NCBI GenBank assembly: GCA_038044245.1 | Contig: JBBTAK010000032.1 | Coordinates: 1 to 34,606 of the forward strand | Direction: 5' to 3' | From: Nanobdellota archaeon | GTDB lineage: Archaea > Nanobdellota > Nanobdellia > Pacearchaeales > GW2011-AR1 | Length of the DNA: 34,606 nt | Part shown: piece after piece, positions 6,571 through 15,726 of the stretch | Numbering within the stretch: the stretch's first letter is position 1 | How the letters are laid out: every line of letters begins with the position of its first letter | The notes under the pieces: model-generated | Database searches by the model: none | The model's input: the letters and a program-made list of their open reading frames with translations, nothing else | Told to the model about the DNA's origin: nothing | Made by a program: the position numbers and the translations under genes

Positions 6571-9500
6571 ACACGCAGCAATATCTGAAGGAGATTGAGA
6601 AAAAAACAAAAGAAGTTTATGCTGTAGCAGAGGAAGCCAGGAGCAAGGGCTTTGATCCATCAGACAAGGTTGAAATTCCCCTCGCAAGAAGCCTGGCTGA
6701 AAAGGTTGTCGGTCTTGTATCAACGATTTATCCTCAGATGATAGACGCAAAGATAGAGGAAAGAATAATTGAGCTGGAAAAAAAGTTCGGAAAGCTTGAT
6801 CCTGCAATCTGCCTGCAAATCGCGGAAGAAGTTGCAAAACAAAAATTCTGCAAATTTCCAAGCCTCAAGGAAGCAATAGAGGCAGGAGCAAGGACAGGAA
6901 TAGCATACATAACTCTCGGAGTAGTTTCAAGCCCTATAGAGGGACTTACAGAAATAAAGGCGGTGAAAACCAGTGATGGAAAAGAATATCTCAGCCCTTA
7001 TTTTTCAGGACCCATAAGAAGCGCAGGAGGATCAAGCGCCGCATTTTCCCTCGTTATTGTTGACTATCTCAGGGAGCTTTTCGGATATGCAAAGTACGAT
7101 CCAAGAGAAGAGGAAGTAAAGAGGAGCGTTGTTGAGCTCCATGACTATCACGAGAGAGTTACCAACCTGCAGTACATGCCTACAGACGATGAAATAAGAT
7201 TTCTGGCAAGACATATTCCTGTTCAGATCAACGGGGATCCGTCTGAAACGCTGGAAGTTTCCAATCATAAAAATCTTGAGAGGATAGACACCAATCTCGT
7301 GAGAAGCGGATTCTGCCTTGTTTTTGGGGAGGGAATAGCGCAAAAGGCAAAAAAAATCTCCAAATACATATCTTCCCTGAGAAAAAAAGGATTCAAGCTT
7401 AGCGACTGGGGCTTTTTGTCAGAATATGTCTCTCTCCATGAAAAAAGAGACACGGGAAAAGCCGAAGATGCCCCGACTTACATCCAGGACATTGTTGCAG
7501 GGAGGCCTGTGTTTGGCCATCCTTCTGAATCAGGAGCATTCAGGTTCAGATACGGACGGGGAAGAGTATCCGGATTTAGCGCAGCTTCTGTGCACCCCGC
7601 GACAATGGAGATTACCGATGGATTTATTGCGATAGGGACCCAGCTCAAAATAGAAAAACCAACAAAAGGATGCGTGGTCACGGTATGTGATTCCATAGAC
7701 GGACCAATCGTCAAGCTGTTTAACGGAACAGTCAAAAAATTAGTGACGAGAGAAGAAGCAAAAGCCATTTACCCGGATGTCGAGGAAATCATTTACCTCG
7801 GAGACATTCTTTTTCCCTTCAGCGACGTCACGAACAGGAACTTCAATCTTCTGAAGCCAGGATATGTGGAAGAGATATGGGGGCTGGAATTAAGAGAGAA
7901 GAATCCAAAATTGGAAAAAACCCTGGATGCCAGGAACATAGGCTTTGAGAAAGCTGTTGAGATAAGCCTAAAGGAAAAAATCTCCCTTCATCCAAGATAT
8001 ATTTTTTACTGGACAGAAATCTCAAAAGAACAGTTTTTAGGGTTGCTGGAATGGCTGAAATCCGGAAAAGCCAGCCAAAAAATAATTCTTCCCTACACGA
8101 AGGCAGACCAGGAAAAATTCAAATCGGGAAAAAGAGCACTTGAGATTTTAGGAATTGAGCACGAGGTAACAACGGAAAATGTCGTCATAAACCTGGAGAA
8201 TAGCAGAGCATTATTCACGAATCTTGGAATTGAACCTGAAGTTTTAAGCTCTGATGCTGCCTTAAAAAATATTTTTGAAGAATATGAAAAAAGAGTAAAT
8301 AAAATTATATCTTCTGATAAAGCCGATGAGGGCGAGGATTCCATGGACAAAGATAACAATAGCTTTATTTTAAGACTAATAAACAGGTTCTCGGAATTCG
8401 ACATAAGAGACAAAGCTGGAGATTTCATAGGCGCAAGAATGGGCCGCCCAGAAAAAGCAAAATTAAGAAAACTGACCGGAAGCCCGAATGTCCTTTTTCC
8501 AGTCGGGGCAGAAGGCGGAAGGCTCAGGAGTTTTCAGTCGGCTCTTGAAAGCGGAAGAGTAACCAGTGCATTTTCCATCTTCTACTGCGGGAAATGTAAG
8601 ATGGAAACTATTTACAGGACCTGTGAAAACTGCGGGACTAAAACAGAAAAAATGTTTTATTGCAGGGAATGTGAAAAAACTTCCCTGGAAAGGTGCAAAG
8701 AACATAAATCATCTGTCCCCTATTCCAACAAGGCAATAGATATCAATCATTATTTTGAGAAAGCAAAGGAAAAACTGGGGCTTTCCAACGGAGAAGTTCC
8801 TCTTCTGATAAAAGGAGTAAGAGGGACGAGCTCTGAAGACCATGTTATAGAAAATCTTTCGAAAGGAATGCTGAGGGCGATGTTTGACCTTCAGGTGAAC
8901 AAAGACGGGACGATAAGGTTTGATGCAACCGAAATGCCCCTGGTATGCTTTAAGCCCAAGGAGATAAATGTCAGGATAGAAAAATTAAGGGAGATAGGAT
9001 ACGACAAGGATGTCTATGGAAAAGAGCTGGAAAATGAAAACCAGATCCTTGAGCTGATGCCCCACGATATAGTTCTTCCTAGCTCCCCGGAATCTCCGGA
9101 CGGAAGAGCCGACGATATTTTTATGAGAATATGCCATTTTGTGGATGACCTTCTTGTTAAATTTTATGACATGAAGCCAATATATAATGTCAGGAAAAGG
9201 GAGGATCTTGTCGGAAAGCTGGGGGTTTGCATAGCGCCCCATAACTGTGCAGGAGTCGTATGCAGAATCATCGGGTTTTCAAATACCCTTGGACTGTTTG
9301 CCAGTCCCTTCATGCATGCTGCAATAAGACGGGATTGCGACGGGGACGAGGCAGCGATAATGCTTCTCGGAGACGTTCTTTTAAATTTTTCCAGGGAATT
9401 TATTCCCCAGCACAGAGGAGGAACCCAGGACTGCCCGTTGGTTTTGAATGCAAGAATTGATGCCGGAGAGGTGGATGACCAGATAATGGACTTTGAGCTT

Positions 9501-10085
9501 GTAGAAGAATACCCTTTGGAATTATACAGGCTTGCAGAGAAAAGAAGACATTCCTCTGAAATTCAGATTAGGGACGTAAGATCTGTCTTGAAAGAAGGAA
9601 AAGACCCCTTCAAGGGACTTATGTTCACCCATGATACGGAAAACTTCAACGACGGGGTTGCGTGCTCCAGTTATAAACTTCTGGAAACCATGCAGGATAA
9701 AGTGAGGCACCAGATGGAATTAGTTGAGAAAATAAGGGCTGCAAACACGAGCGAGACAGCCAGGCTGATAATAGAAAGACATTTTCTCAAAGATCTGAGA
9801 GGAAATTTAAGGAAGTTTGCAATGCAGGAATTTCGCTGTGTTGCCTGCAACGAGATAATGAGGAGCCCTCCATTGTCGGGAGTATGCACAAAATGCGGAG
9901 GAAAAATAATCTTCACGACGAATGAAGGCGGAATCAAGAAATATCTCGAGCCAGCTTTGGAACTTGCAAAAAAATACCAGCTTTCACCATACATAAGGCA
10001 GAGCCTTGAGCTTACGAAGAGGCATATAGACTCCATATTCGGAAAAGAGATTGAAAAGCAGGAAGGCTTAGCAAGGTGGGTTTAG
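6567..10085 (+). CDS. polC: DNA polymerase II (PolD) large catalytic subunit DP2
   Basis: About 1170 aa. The N-terminus is conserved (EVYAVAEEARSKGFDPSDKVEIPLARSLAEKV). Internal Cys clusters are present (CGKCKMETIYRTCENCG, CRECEK) along with a C-terminal Zn motif (CVACNEIMRSPPLSGVCTKCGG). I chose the ATG at 6567 (MNTQQY) over the tracked TTG at 6540 because of the ATGA coupling. Confidence 0.95.
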   Translation: MNTQQYLKEIEKKTKEVYAVAEEARSKGFDPSDKVEIPLARSLAEKVVGLVSTIYPQMIDAKIEERIIELEKKFGKLDPAICLQIAEEVAKQKFCKFPSLKEAIEAGARTGIAYITLGVVSSPIEGLTEIKAVKTSDGKEYLSPYFSGPIRSAGGSSAAFSLVIVDYLRELFGYAKYDPREEEVKRSVVELHDYHERVTNLQYMPTDDEIRFLARHIPVQINGDPSETLEVSNHKNLERIDTNLVRSGFCLVFGEGIAQKAKKISKYISSLRKKGFKLSDWGFLSEYVSLHEKRDTGKAEDAPTYIQDIVAGRPVFGHPSESGAFRFRYGRGRVSGFSAASVHPATMEITDGFIAIGTQLKIEKPTKGCVVTVCDSIDGPIVKLFNGTVKKLVTREEAKAIYPDVEEIIYLGDILFPFSDVTNRNFNLLKPGYVEEIWGLELREKNPKLEKTLDARNIGFEKAVEISLKEKISLHPRYIFYWTEISKEQFLGLLEWLKSGKASQKIILPYTKADQEKFKSGKRALEILGIEHEVTTENVVINLENSRALFTNLGIEPEVLSSDAALKNIFEEYEKRVNKIISSDKADEGEDSMDKDNNSFILRLINRFSEFDIRDKAGDFIGARMGRPEKAKLRKLTGSPNVLFPVGAEGGRLRSFQSALESGRVTSAFSIFYCGKCKMETIYRTCENCGTKTEKMFYCRECEKTSLERCKEHKSSVPYSNKAIDINHYFEKAKEKLGLSNGEVPLLIKGVRGTSSEDHVIENLSKGMLRAMFDLQVNKDGTIRFDATEMPLVCFKPKEINVRIEKLREIGYDKDVYGKELENENQILELMPHDIVLPSSPESPDGRADDIFMRICHFVDDLLVKFYDMKPIYNVRKREDLVGKLGVCIAPHNCAGVVCRIIGFSNTLGLFASPFMHAAIRRDCDGDEAAIMLLGDVLLNFSREFIPQHRGGTQDCPLVLNARIDAGEVDDQIMDFELVEEYPLELYRLAEKRRHSSEIQIRDVRSVLKEGKDPFKGLMFTHDTENFNDGVACSSYKLLETMQDKVRHQMELVEKIRAANTSETARLIIERHFLKDLRGNLRKFAMQEFRCVACNEIMRSPPLSGVCTKCGGKIIFTTNEGGIKKYLEPALELAKKYQLSPYIRQSLELTKRHIDSIFGKEIEKQEGLARWV

Positions 10086-10100
10086 GGAGATTTTTTCTTT

Positions 10101-11297
10101 TCAAAATAAATAAAGAATTATTGTTGGAAGAATCAGACAGCCAATCATGTTTGTTCTTTTCACTCCTGACGAGATGCAGTATATTCCCGTAATTGTTGAT
10201 ACAGCCAGAACGAGCAATCCGAGAATGCCGGACACAAAGAAAGTGATTGCCGTTATTATGAATATTGTTGATATAGAAACTTTGGAATAGTCTATTTTTT
10301 CAAGAAGGAATAAGAATTTTTTTGAAACCTTATTCACAAGGAAAAAAGAGGCGAAACCGGAGATAATCATTACCAAAATTATTAAAATGAAAATTTTCCA
10401 ATCCAATACGCCAATTAGACTTTTTATTGCTGCTGCAGAGCCTGTCCTTGTTTTTGAGATAAGGAACAATCCGAGAAAAGAGAGGCACATTGTGAGCATT
10501 GTTATCATTCCCAACATGAACAAGAATCTTTTTTTGTCTGTTTTTGCAAACTGATTGCTTATGATTGCGATCTGTCCGCTGCTTAATGCCGGAAGAAACA
10601 AGGACAAGGGAGAGAATAATGCAGAGCCGATAATAGATTTTGATTCTTCTGAGATTTTTATCTTTTCTTTTTTTTCTGTATACTGCTTTCCTATTTTTGT
10701 TTTCTGCTTTATGCTTAAAAAGAGGCTTGCAGAACCAAACAATCCTGTTAAAAGAGGAAGCAAAGGCTCTTTCAATTCCATGTTAAAGACTATATATCCA
10801 AGAATTCCGGTAAGCAAGAAGACAAACAAAGCAGAAAATTTCTTTTCTTCAAGAATGATCATGTTTAAAGAAACAGCAATCAGCCCAAGGGCAACAACTG
10901 TGCCGGGAATATCCTTGAAAAAAGGAGCGATAAAATAAAGGGGAAAAATAAGAAAAAGAAAAATAAACAAGCCATAAAGACATCCCTGCGAAGTAAGATT
11001 CACGGCCTGAAATCCCTGGCCTTTTTTGAGCATTTCATGCCCGGGAAGGACAGAAAGCTCTGTTCCGTCTTCAGGCGCACCGAGAAAGATTGAAGGGATG
11101 AAATCAAGAAAGACATGAGAAATCGACATCGCAACTATGAAGACTACGAGATAAACAGGGTTTATTCCTGCGAGAATTGAAAAAGAGCCAGATACCAGCG
11201 CTGCACCAACAAGATTTATATGGATTCCTGGAAAAAGCCCGGTGAAAGTTCCGGTAAGAATCCCCAAAAGAAGAAAGAGGAGAATTTCTGCCAGCAT
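10101..11297 (-). CDS. polytopic membrane protein, DUF112/TctA-like
   Basis: 398 aa with at least 9 hydrophobic spans. The N-terminal GILTGTFTGLFPGIHINL resembles the TctA/DUF112 G-x-lPGlg motif. Confidence 0.45.
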   Translation of the reverse strand: MLAEILLFLLLGILTGTFTGLFPGIHINLVGAALVSGSFSILAGINPVYLVVFIVAMSISHVFLDFIPSIFLGAPEDGTELSVLPGHEMLKKGQGFQAVNLTSQGCLYGLFIFLFLIFPLYFIAPFFKDIPGTVVALGLIAVSLNMIILEEKKFSALFVFLLTGILGYIVFNMELKEPLLPLLTGLFGSASLFLSIKQKTKIGKQYTEKKEKIKISEESKSIIGSALFSPLSLFLPALSSGQIAIISNQFAKTDKKRFLFMLGMITMLTMCLSFLGLFLISKTRTGSAAAIKSLIGVLDWKIFILIILVMIISGFASFFLVNKVSKKFLFLLEKIDYSKVSISTIFIITAITFFVSGILGLLVLAVSTITGIYCISSGVKRTNMIGCLILPTIILYLF

Positions 11298-11335
11298 TTC
11301 AATAATTTTATAAACATCCTTTTATTAAAACATAT

Positions 11336-12979
11336 ATGTATGGAAAAAGTGGTTTAATCCTACCCTTATTCTTCTTGCTCATAGTTTCTCTTGGAATTGT
11401 TTATGCACAAACAGATATCCTTTCAGAAATAGAATCAGAATATCCTAATGCAGAGCTTGAAACAGAAGCAGGAATAGGTCCTGACAGCTTCTTTTATTTC
11501 TTTGACAGTTTTTTTGACAGATTTGGAGATGACTTGAAAGTTAGGGAAGAAAGAGTTGCAGAGATAAGGGAGATGATAAGAGAGGGAAAAACCGAGGAAG
11601 CCCTTGATGCCTTGAGAAGATACGAGGCTGTGGCAGATAAGCTTGAGGCTGAAATTGATCCTGAAAGAAGAGATGAAGCAAGAAAGGGAGCAGCTGCAAT
11701 AAGGAATGCAATAGACGAACTTGAATCAGACATTCCTGAAGAGTTCAGAGAGGAATTTTTAAGAATACTAGAAAGAGAAGAGGCAATTGTCACTGCTGCA
11801 GAGATTTCTTCCAGGATTAAAGAACTTTGCGAGACACTTTCTGAAATAGATCCTTTAGAATACTCCAGAGTATGCAAGACAGGAGAAGACGCTTCCGATT
11901 GGCAGAAGAAACTTGACAGGAAATTAACAGAAGAGCAGAGGCAAGAGGCGATAAAGTTCGGGGAGATAATGTCTGAATGCTTTAAGACATCAGGGCAAGA
12001 GTGTAGATGCGAGGAAATTCCATTCACAGAATTTGCAGAAACATGCTCAATAGCTGCACCGTTAGCAGTGCAATGTGATATAGAAGGAAATGAAACAGCC
12101 TGTGAAGAGCTGGACAACTTAGAAATGCCTGAATTGCCGCCGCACCTGCAGGATGTTTTTAATAAACTTGAAGGCGATATTTCAGAAGCGCAATTTGATT
12201 TGCATATGCCTCAGGAATGCAGGGAAGCCGGAGCAACAAATCCAAAAGAATGCATGAAGATTATGGTTCAGACACGTGCGCCTGAAGAATGCAGAGATGC
12301 TATTCTCGAAGCAGATGTTCAGAATGAAAGAGAAGCAAGAGAAATTTGCGAGAAAATCATGTTTGAGCTAAATGCTCCAGAGGAGTGCATAGAAGCTAAT
12401 GTAAGGAATCCAAAAGAATGCGGAAAATTAATGTTTCAGATGAATGCTCCCAAAGAATGTTTAGACGCCGGCTTGACAGGAGAAAACAGGGGGGATGAAA
12501 AAAAGTGCAGGACAATTATGGAAAGCAAAGGAGAGGGTCCCAGAGGATTTGGTCCGCCTGCTTTGGGAATCAGATGCAGGGAAATACAAAATCCTGAAGA
12601 GAGACTAAAATGCTATGATGCTGCATTATCCGGAGCAGAGGGAAGTTATGTTGAGCATAGAGGTGAATCTTCAAGAGGATGGCCGGAACAGTGTCAAAAG
12701 GAGCAGGCATTTACAAGGGAATCCTGCGAAAGAGTAATGAGGGAATGGGGAGAGCAACAAAGGCAGGAATTTGAGCAGTTTCAGCCAGGACAGGAATTTG
12801 TAGAGCCACAAACACCACAAGAATTTACAGAGCCATCACCAACTGAAACACCAACAGAACCATCTCCAACTACATCCAGCGGAGAAACAACAACGTCCTC
12901 ATCAGAAACTACAACTTCTTCGGTGACTGGTGCAGTAATAGATAGCAACAATGATTTCTTTAATTATTATTTTAGATAA
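11336..12979 (+). CDS. secreted acidic protein with Cys-containing repeats and a Thr/Ser-rich C-terminus
   Basis: Signal peptide MYGKSGLILPLFFLLIVSLGIVYA|QTD. Repeats of the form NPKEC-x-K[IL]M-x5-AP[EK]EC-x-[DE]A. Tail PTETPTEPSPTTSSGETTTSSSETTTSSVTGAVI. Confidence 0.75.
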   Translation: MYGKSGLILPLFFLLIVSLGIVYAQTDILSEIESEYPNAELETEAGIGPDSFFYFFDSFFDRFGDDLKVREERVAEIREMIREGKTEEALDALRRYEAVADKLEAEIDPERRDEARKGAAAIRNAIDELESDIPEEFREEFLRILEREEAIVTAAEISSRIKELCETLSEIDPLEYSRVCKTGEDASDWQKKLDRKLTEEQRQEAIKFGEIMSECFKTSGQECRCEEIPFTEFAETCSIAAPLAVQCDIEGNETACEELDNLEMPELPPHLQDVFNKLEGDISEAQFDLHMPQECREAGATNPKECMKIMVQTRAPEECRDAILEADVQNEREAREICEKIMFELNAPEECIEANVRNPKECGKLMFQMNAPKECLDAGLTGENRGDEKKCRTIMESKGEGPRGFGPPALGIRCREIQNPEERLKCYDAALSGAEGSYVEHRGESSRGWPEQCQKEQAFTRESCERVMREWGEQQRQEFEQFQPGQEFVEPQTPQEFTEPSPTETPTEPSPTTSSGETTTSSSETTTSSVTGAVIDSNNDFFNYYFR

Positions 12980-13013
12980 AAAGGTTTAATAATTCTTAAC
13001 TTTTTGTGTATTG

Positions 13014-13970
13014 ATGGATATAGATGAAAAAATCAGACTGATTAGGAGGAATACGGAAGAAATTGTTGGGGAGGATAAAATTAAGAAATTCTCAGAAAAA
13101 GGTGTCGTTTACTGCGGATATGAGGTTTCAGGAGAGATACATCTTGGGCATCTTGTTACAATACTCAAACTTCTGGATTTGCAAAAAGCCGGAATAAAAG
13201 TTAAGATTCTTCTTGCAGACTGGCACACCTGGCTTAACCAAAAAGGAAATTGGAAATTTGTCAATGACCAGATGAAGCAATGGGAAAAAGGGTTTAAGTC
13301 TGTAGGTTTAGAAGCAGAAATAGTCAAAGGAACCAGCTATGAGCTTAAGAAAGATTATTTTGAAGACCTTTTGAAATTAGCTTTGAAAATTACGGTGAAT
13401 CGCGGAGTGAGGGCAATGCAGCAGGTTGCAAGAGACATTGAAAATGCAAAAATAAGCCAGATGATATACCCCCTTATGCAAATTGTCGATGTAAAATATC
13501 TCGGAACAAACTTTGTCGTTGCAGGCATTGATCAAAGAAAGATTTACATGCTGGGTGTCGATGAGGGAAAAGAAATAGGACTGCAAGAAGCTATTTATCT
13601 TTATACGCCAATAATTCCAAGTTTAAGAGGGGCAGGAGGAAAGATGTCAAGTTCTGTGAAAGAAAGTTTTATTTCAATAAGGGACAGCAAAGAGAGCATT
13701 AAGGAAAAAATTAACAGAGCCTATTGCAAGCAAGGGGATGTTCTCAACAATCCAATCATAGCTATAGCAAGACTTATTATTTTTCCAATGTTTGACGCAA
13801 TTGTTATCAGGGGAGACAAAGACCGTGGCGAAGAGGAAAAAATCTTTAAGAGTTACCATGAACTGGAAGACGCCTTTGAAAGAGGGAATCTTCATCCGCT
13901 TAATTTGAAGAACGCTGTTGCAGAGTATCTCGAGACAGTCATTGCGCCAATAAGAAAAAACCGGAAGTAA
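13014..13970 (+). CDS. tyrS: tyrosine--tRNA ligase (archaeal type)
   Basis: HIGH motif GEIHLGH and KMSKS motif KMSSS. It aligns end to end with M. jannaschii TyrRS as I recall it (IRRNTEEI, LLADWH..LNQKG, YPLMQ, GIDQRKI, LHPLNLKNAVAE..IAPIRK). The ATG at 13014 is preferred over the TTG at 13011. Confidence 0.9.
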   Translation: MDIDEKIRLIRRNTEEIVGEDKIKKFSEKGVVYCGYEVSGEIHLGHLVTILKLLDLQKAGIKVKILLADWHTWLNQKGNWKFVNDQMKQWEKGFKSVGLEAEIVKGTSYELKKDYFEDLLKLALKITVNRGVRAMQQVARDIENAKISQMIYPLMQIVDVKYLGTNFVVAGIDQRKIYMLGVDEGKEIGLQEAIYLYTPIIPSLRGAGGKMSSSVKESFISIRDSKESIKEKINRAYCKQGDVLNNPIIAIARLIIFPMFDAIVIRGDKDRGEEEKIFKSYHELEDAFERGNLHPLNLKNAVAEYLETVIAPIRKNRK

Positions 13971-13976
13971 TTATCC

Positions 13977-14876
13977 TTAACGCGTCTTGAATTCAACAAC
14001 ATCCAGATCTTTTAGCCTGTGATTTAAACCAACTATCTGGCCTGGGAATTTTGAACTTGGGCCCCAGATTTTTGTTTCCCTGACTTTTGACACATCGTGA
14101 AAAATCTTACTTGCAACATCTTTAACAGTGGCATTAGGACCCAGTATCAATGGATTGTCCGATTTTTCTTTTCCAGGTTCTTTTGTGAAAACCCTTATCT
14201 TGTGGAATTCAAGAAAAATCTTTTCCTTTAACTCATCCAGGCCTTTTCCTGTTTCGGTGTTTATAACAATATAGTTTAACTTTTTGCTTCTTAAGGTCGC
14301 TTCAAGCTTTCTTTCATCGATACCATTTTTATTGTTAAACACTACTATTCTTTCTGCTCGTGTCCTGCTTAATTCCCAGAGCAATTTTTCCAGTTGCAGT
14401 AGTTCTGTCACTAAAACAAGTATAACATCTGCAGAGTTAACAAGACCTTTATCATAATATTCTGACCCAAAAGCGGGAATTTCTATAATCTGGATGCCTG
14501 TTCCCTGAAAGCCCATCATTCCAACTATTGGCTGTTTTGTTGTGAACTCGTGCTGTGCAATCTCTGGCCTGGCATTTGTTAACATGGAAAGAAGCTCTGA
14601 TCTTCCTGTGTTTGTAAATCCGACAATCACAGCCTGCATTTCCTCTTTTTTTATACCCTGTTTTGTCGTTTTTCCCTTCTTATTTCCAACCTCAATTTTT
14701 TTAAGGAGTTTTTTCCTTCTGGTTTTGAGCTGTGCAAGCATTTTTTCAGAGCTCTTATGCTTGGGACATTCGCGAATCATTTCTTCCAGATAAAAAAGCC
14801 TGTCCTTGTCTGTTTTTACGCTAAGAAAAAGAGACTCTGCTTTCTTGTATTGCGGCGATTGGTTGGTGGATGCCAT
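13977..14876 (-). CDS. DRG-family (Obg-like) GTPase homolog with a TGS domain and non-canonical G motifs
   Basis: The N-terminal basic helix, G-domain frame and C-terminal TGS (IRVFTKEPGK...IWGPSSKFPGQIVGLNHRLKDLDVVEF) match DRG. However, G1 is GFTNTGRS (Arg instead of Lys), G3 is EIPA (not DxxG) and G4 is NKNG (not NKxD). Confidence 0.7.
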   Translation of the reverse strand: MASTNQSPQYKKAESLFLSVKTDKDRLFYLEEMIRECPKHKSSEKMLAQLKTRRKKLLKKIEVGNKKGKTTKQGIKKEEMQAVIVGFTNTGRSELLSMLTNARPEIAQHEFTTKQPIVGMMGFQGTGIQIIEIPAFGSEYYDKGLVNSADVILVLVTELLQLEKLLWELSRTRAERIVVFNNKNGIDERKLEATLRSKKLNYIVINTETGKGLDELKEKIFLEFHKIRVFTKEPGKEKSDNPLILGPNATVKDVASKIFHDVSKVRETKIWGPSSKFPGQIVGLNHRLKDLDVVEFKTR

Positions 14877-14909
14877 ACACTTTTTAAACAGTTGGAGATT
14901 AAAAAATTA

Positions 14910-15695
14910 ATGGATAAAAAACAACTGATAGCAAAAATCATGGAAAAGCCGGAACTGAGAGAACTTCCTTTAGAAGATGTGAAAATGGCGTTTTCTAATT
15001 TTGAAAAGAAGCAGGCCGGTGATGAAGAGAAAGAGAGGCTGACACGGGAACTTTTACACAAAGTCTTTGGTGCTTTTGGAAGCAGGAAGTTGCTTGTTTC
15101 TTCGTTGAGGGAAAGAGAGCCCGAGTGGATATTAAGAAAACACTTTTCAACCAGAGAAAGGCTTCCTTATTATGCAGAGGTTTATGGAAGGATTCTTAAA
15201 GGAATTGGTGAAAAGGCAAGCATACTTGACCTTGGTGCAGGAGTCAATGGCTTTAGCTACAAATATTTCAAAGAAATCGGATTTGACGTTGAGTATACAG
15301 GAATAGAAGCTGTAGGGCAATTCGTTGAACTGATGAACCTTTATTTTAAGAAAAAAAAGATGAAAGCTAAAGCATTGCACCTAAGTCTTTTTCAATTAGA
15401 AGAAATAAAAAAAATCATCGGGAAAGTCAAGAAACCAATAGTGGTTTTTTTATTCAAAACTCTTGATTCTTTGGAAATGTTGGAAAGAGATTATTCCAAG
15501 GAACTCTTGTCTGCAATATCCCCCATAACAGACCGAATTGCAATAAGTTTTGCTACAGAGAGCATGACAAAAAGAAAAAGGTTTAAGGCAAAAAGAAACT
15601 GGATAACAAACTTTATCCGGGAGAAATTCAGGATTATTGATGACTTTGAGATTGCCGGCGAAAGGTATATTGTTTTGGAGAAAAATTTTGGTTAA
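14910..15695 (+). CDS. FmrO/ArmA/RmtB-family 16S rRNA (guanine-N7) methyltransferase-like protein
   Basis: 261 aa from the ATG at 14910; the tracked 14757 start would overlap the divergent DRG gene. It is colinear with RmtB as I recall it: LHKVFGAF/LHGICGAY, HFSTRERL/HASTKERL, ILDLGAGVNG/VLDIACGLNP (SAM motif I), FLFKTLDSLE/LIFKLLPLLE, IAISFAT/MAVSFPT, and the C-terminus ERYIVLEKNFG/ELIYLIKKNG. Confidence 0.6.
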   Translation: MDKKQLIAKIMEKPELRELPLEDVKMAFSNFEKKQAGDEEKERLTRELLHKVFGAFGSRKLLVSSLREREPEWILRKHFSTRERLPYYAEVYGRILKGIGEKASILDLGAGVNGFSYKYFKEIGFDVEYTGIEAVGQFVELMNLYFKKKKMKAKALHLSLFQLEEIKKIIGKVKKPIVVFLFKTLDSLEMLERDYSKELLSAISPITDRIAISFATESMTKRKRFKAKRNWITNFIREKFRIIDDFEIAGERYIVLEKNFG

Positions 15696-15726
15696 TCTTT
15701 AAATACCTGACTCTTTTATTTATCAA

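Noticed and set aside
11494-12117. 207-aa ORF antisense to the secreted acidic protein gene. Other long antisense ORFs are similar: 4872..5411 (-), 20223..20687 (+) and 27798..28250 (-).
   Set aside because: They lie wholly inside genes with strong homology or motif support on the other strand. Their translations are Ser/Leu/Phe-rich low-complexity sequence, as expected from the reverse complement of GAA/AAA-rich codons. They have no motifs and no plausible start context.
14757-14909. N-terminal extension of the methyltransferase ORF from the tracked start at 14757.
   Set aside because: It would overlap the divergent DRG-like gene by 120 nt and adds a hydrophobic, non-homologous peptide. The ATG at 14910 gives a protein colinear with the Rmt/Arm family.
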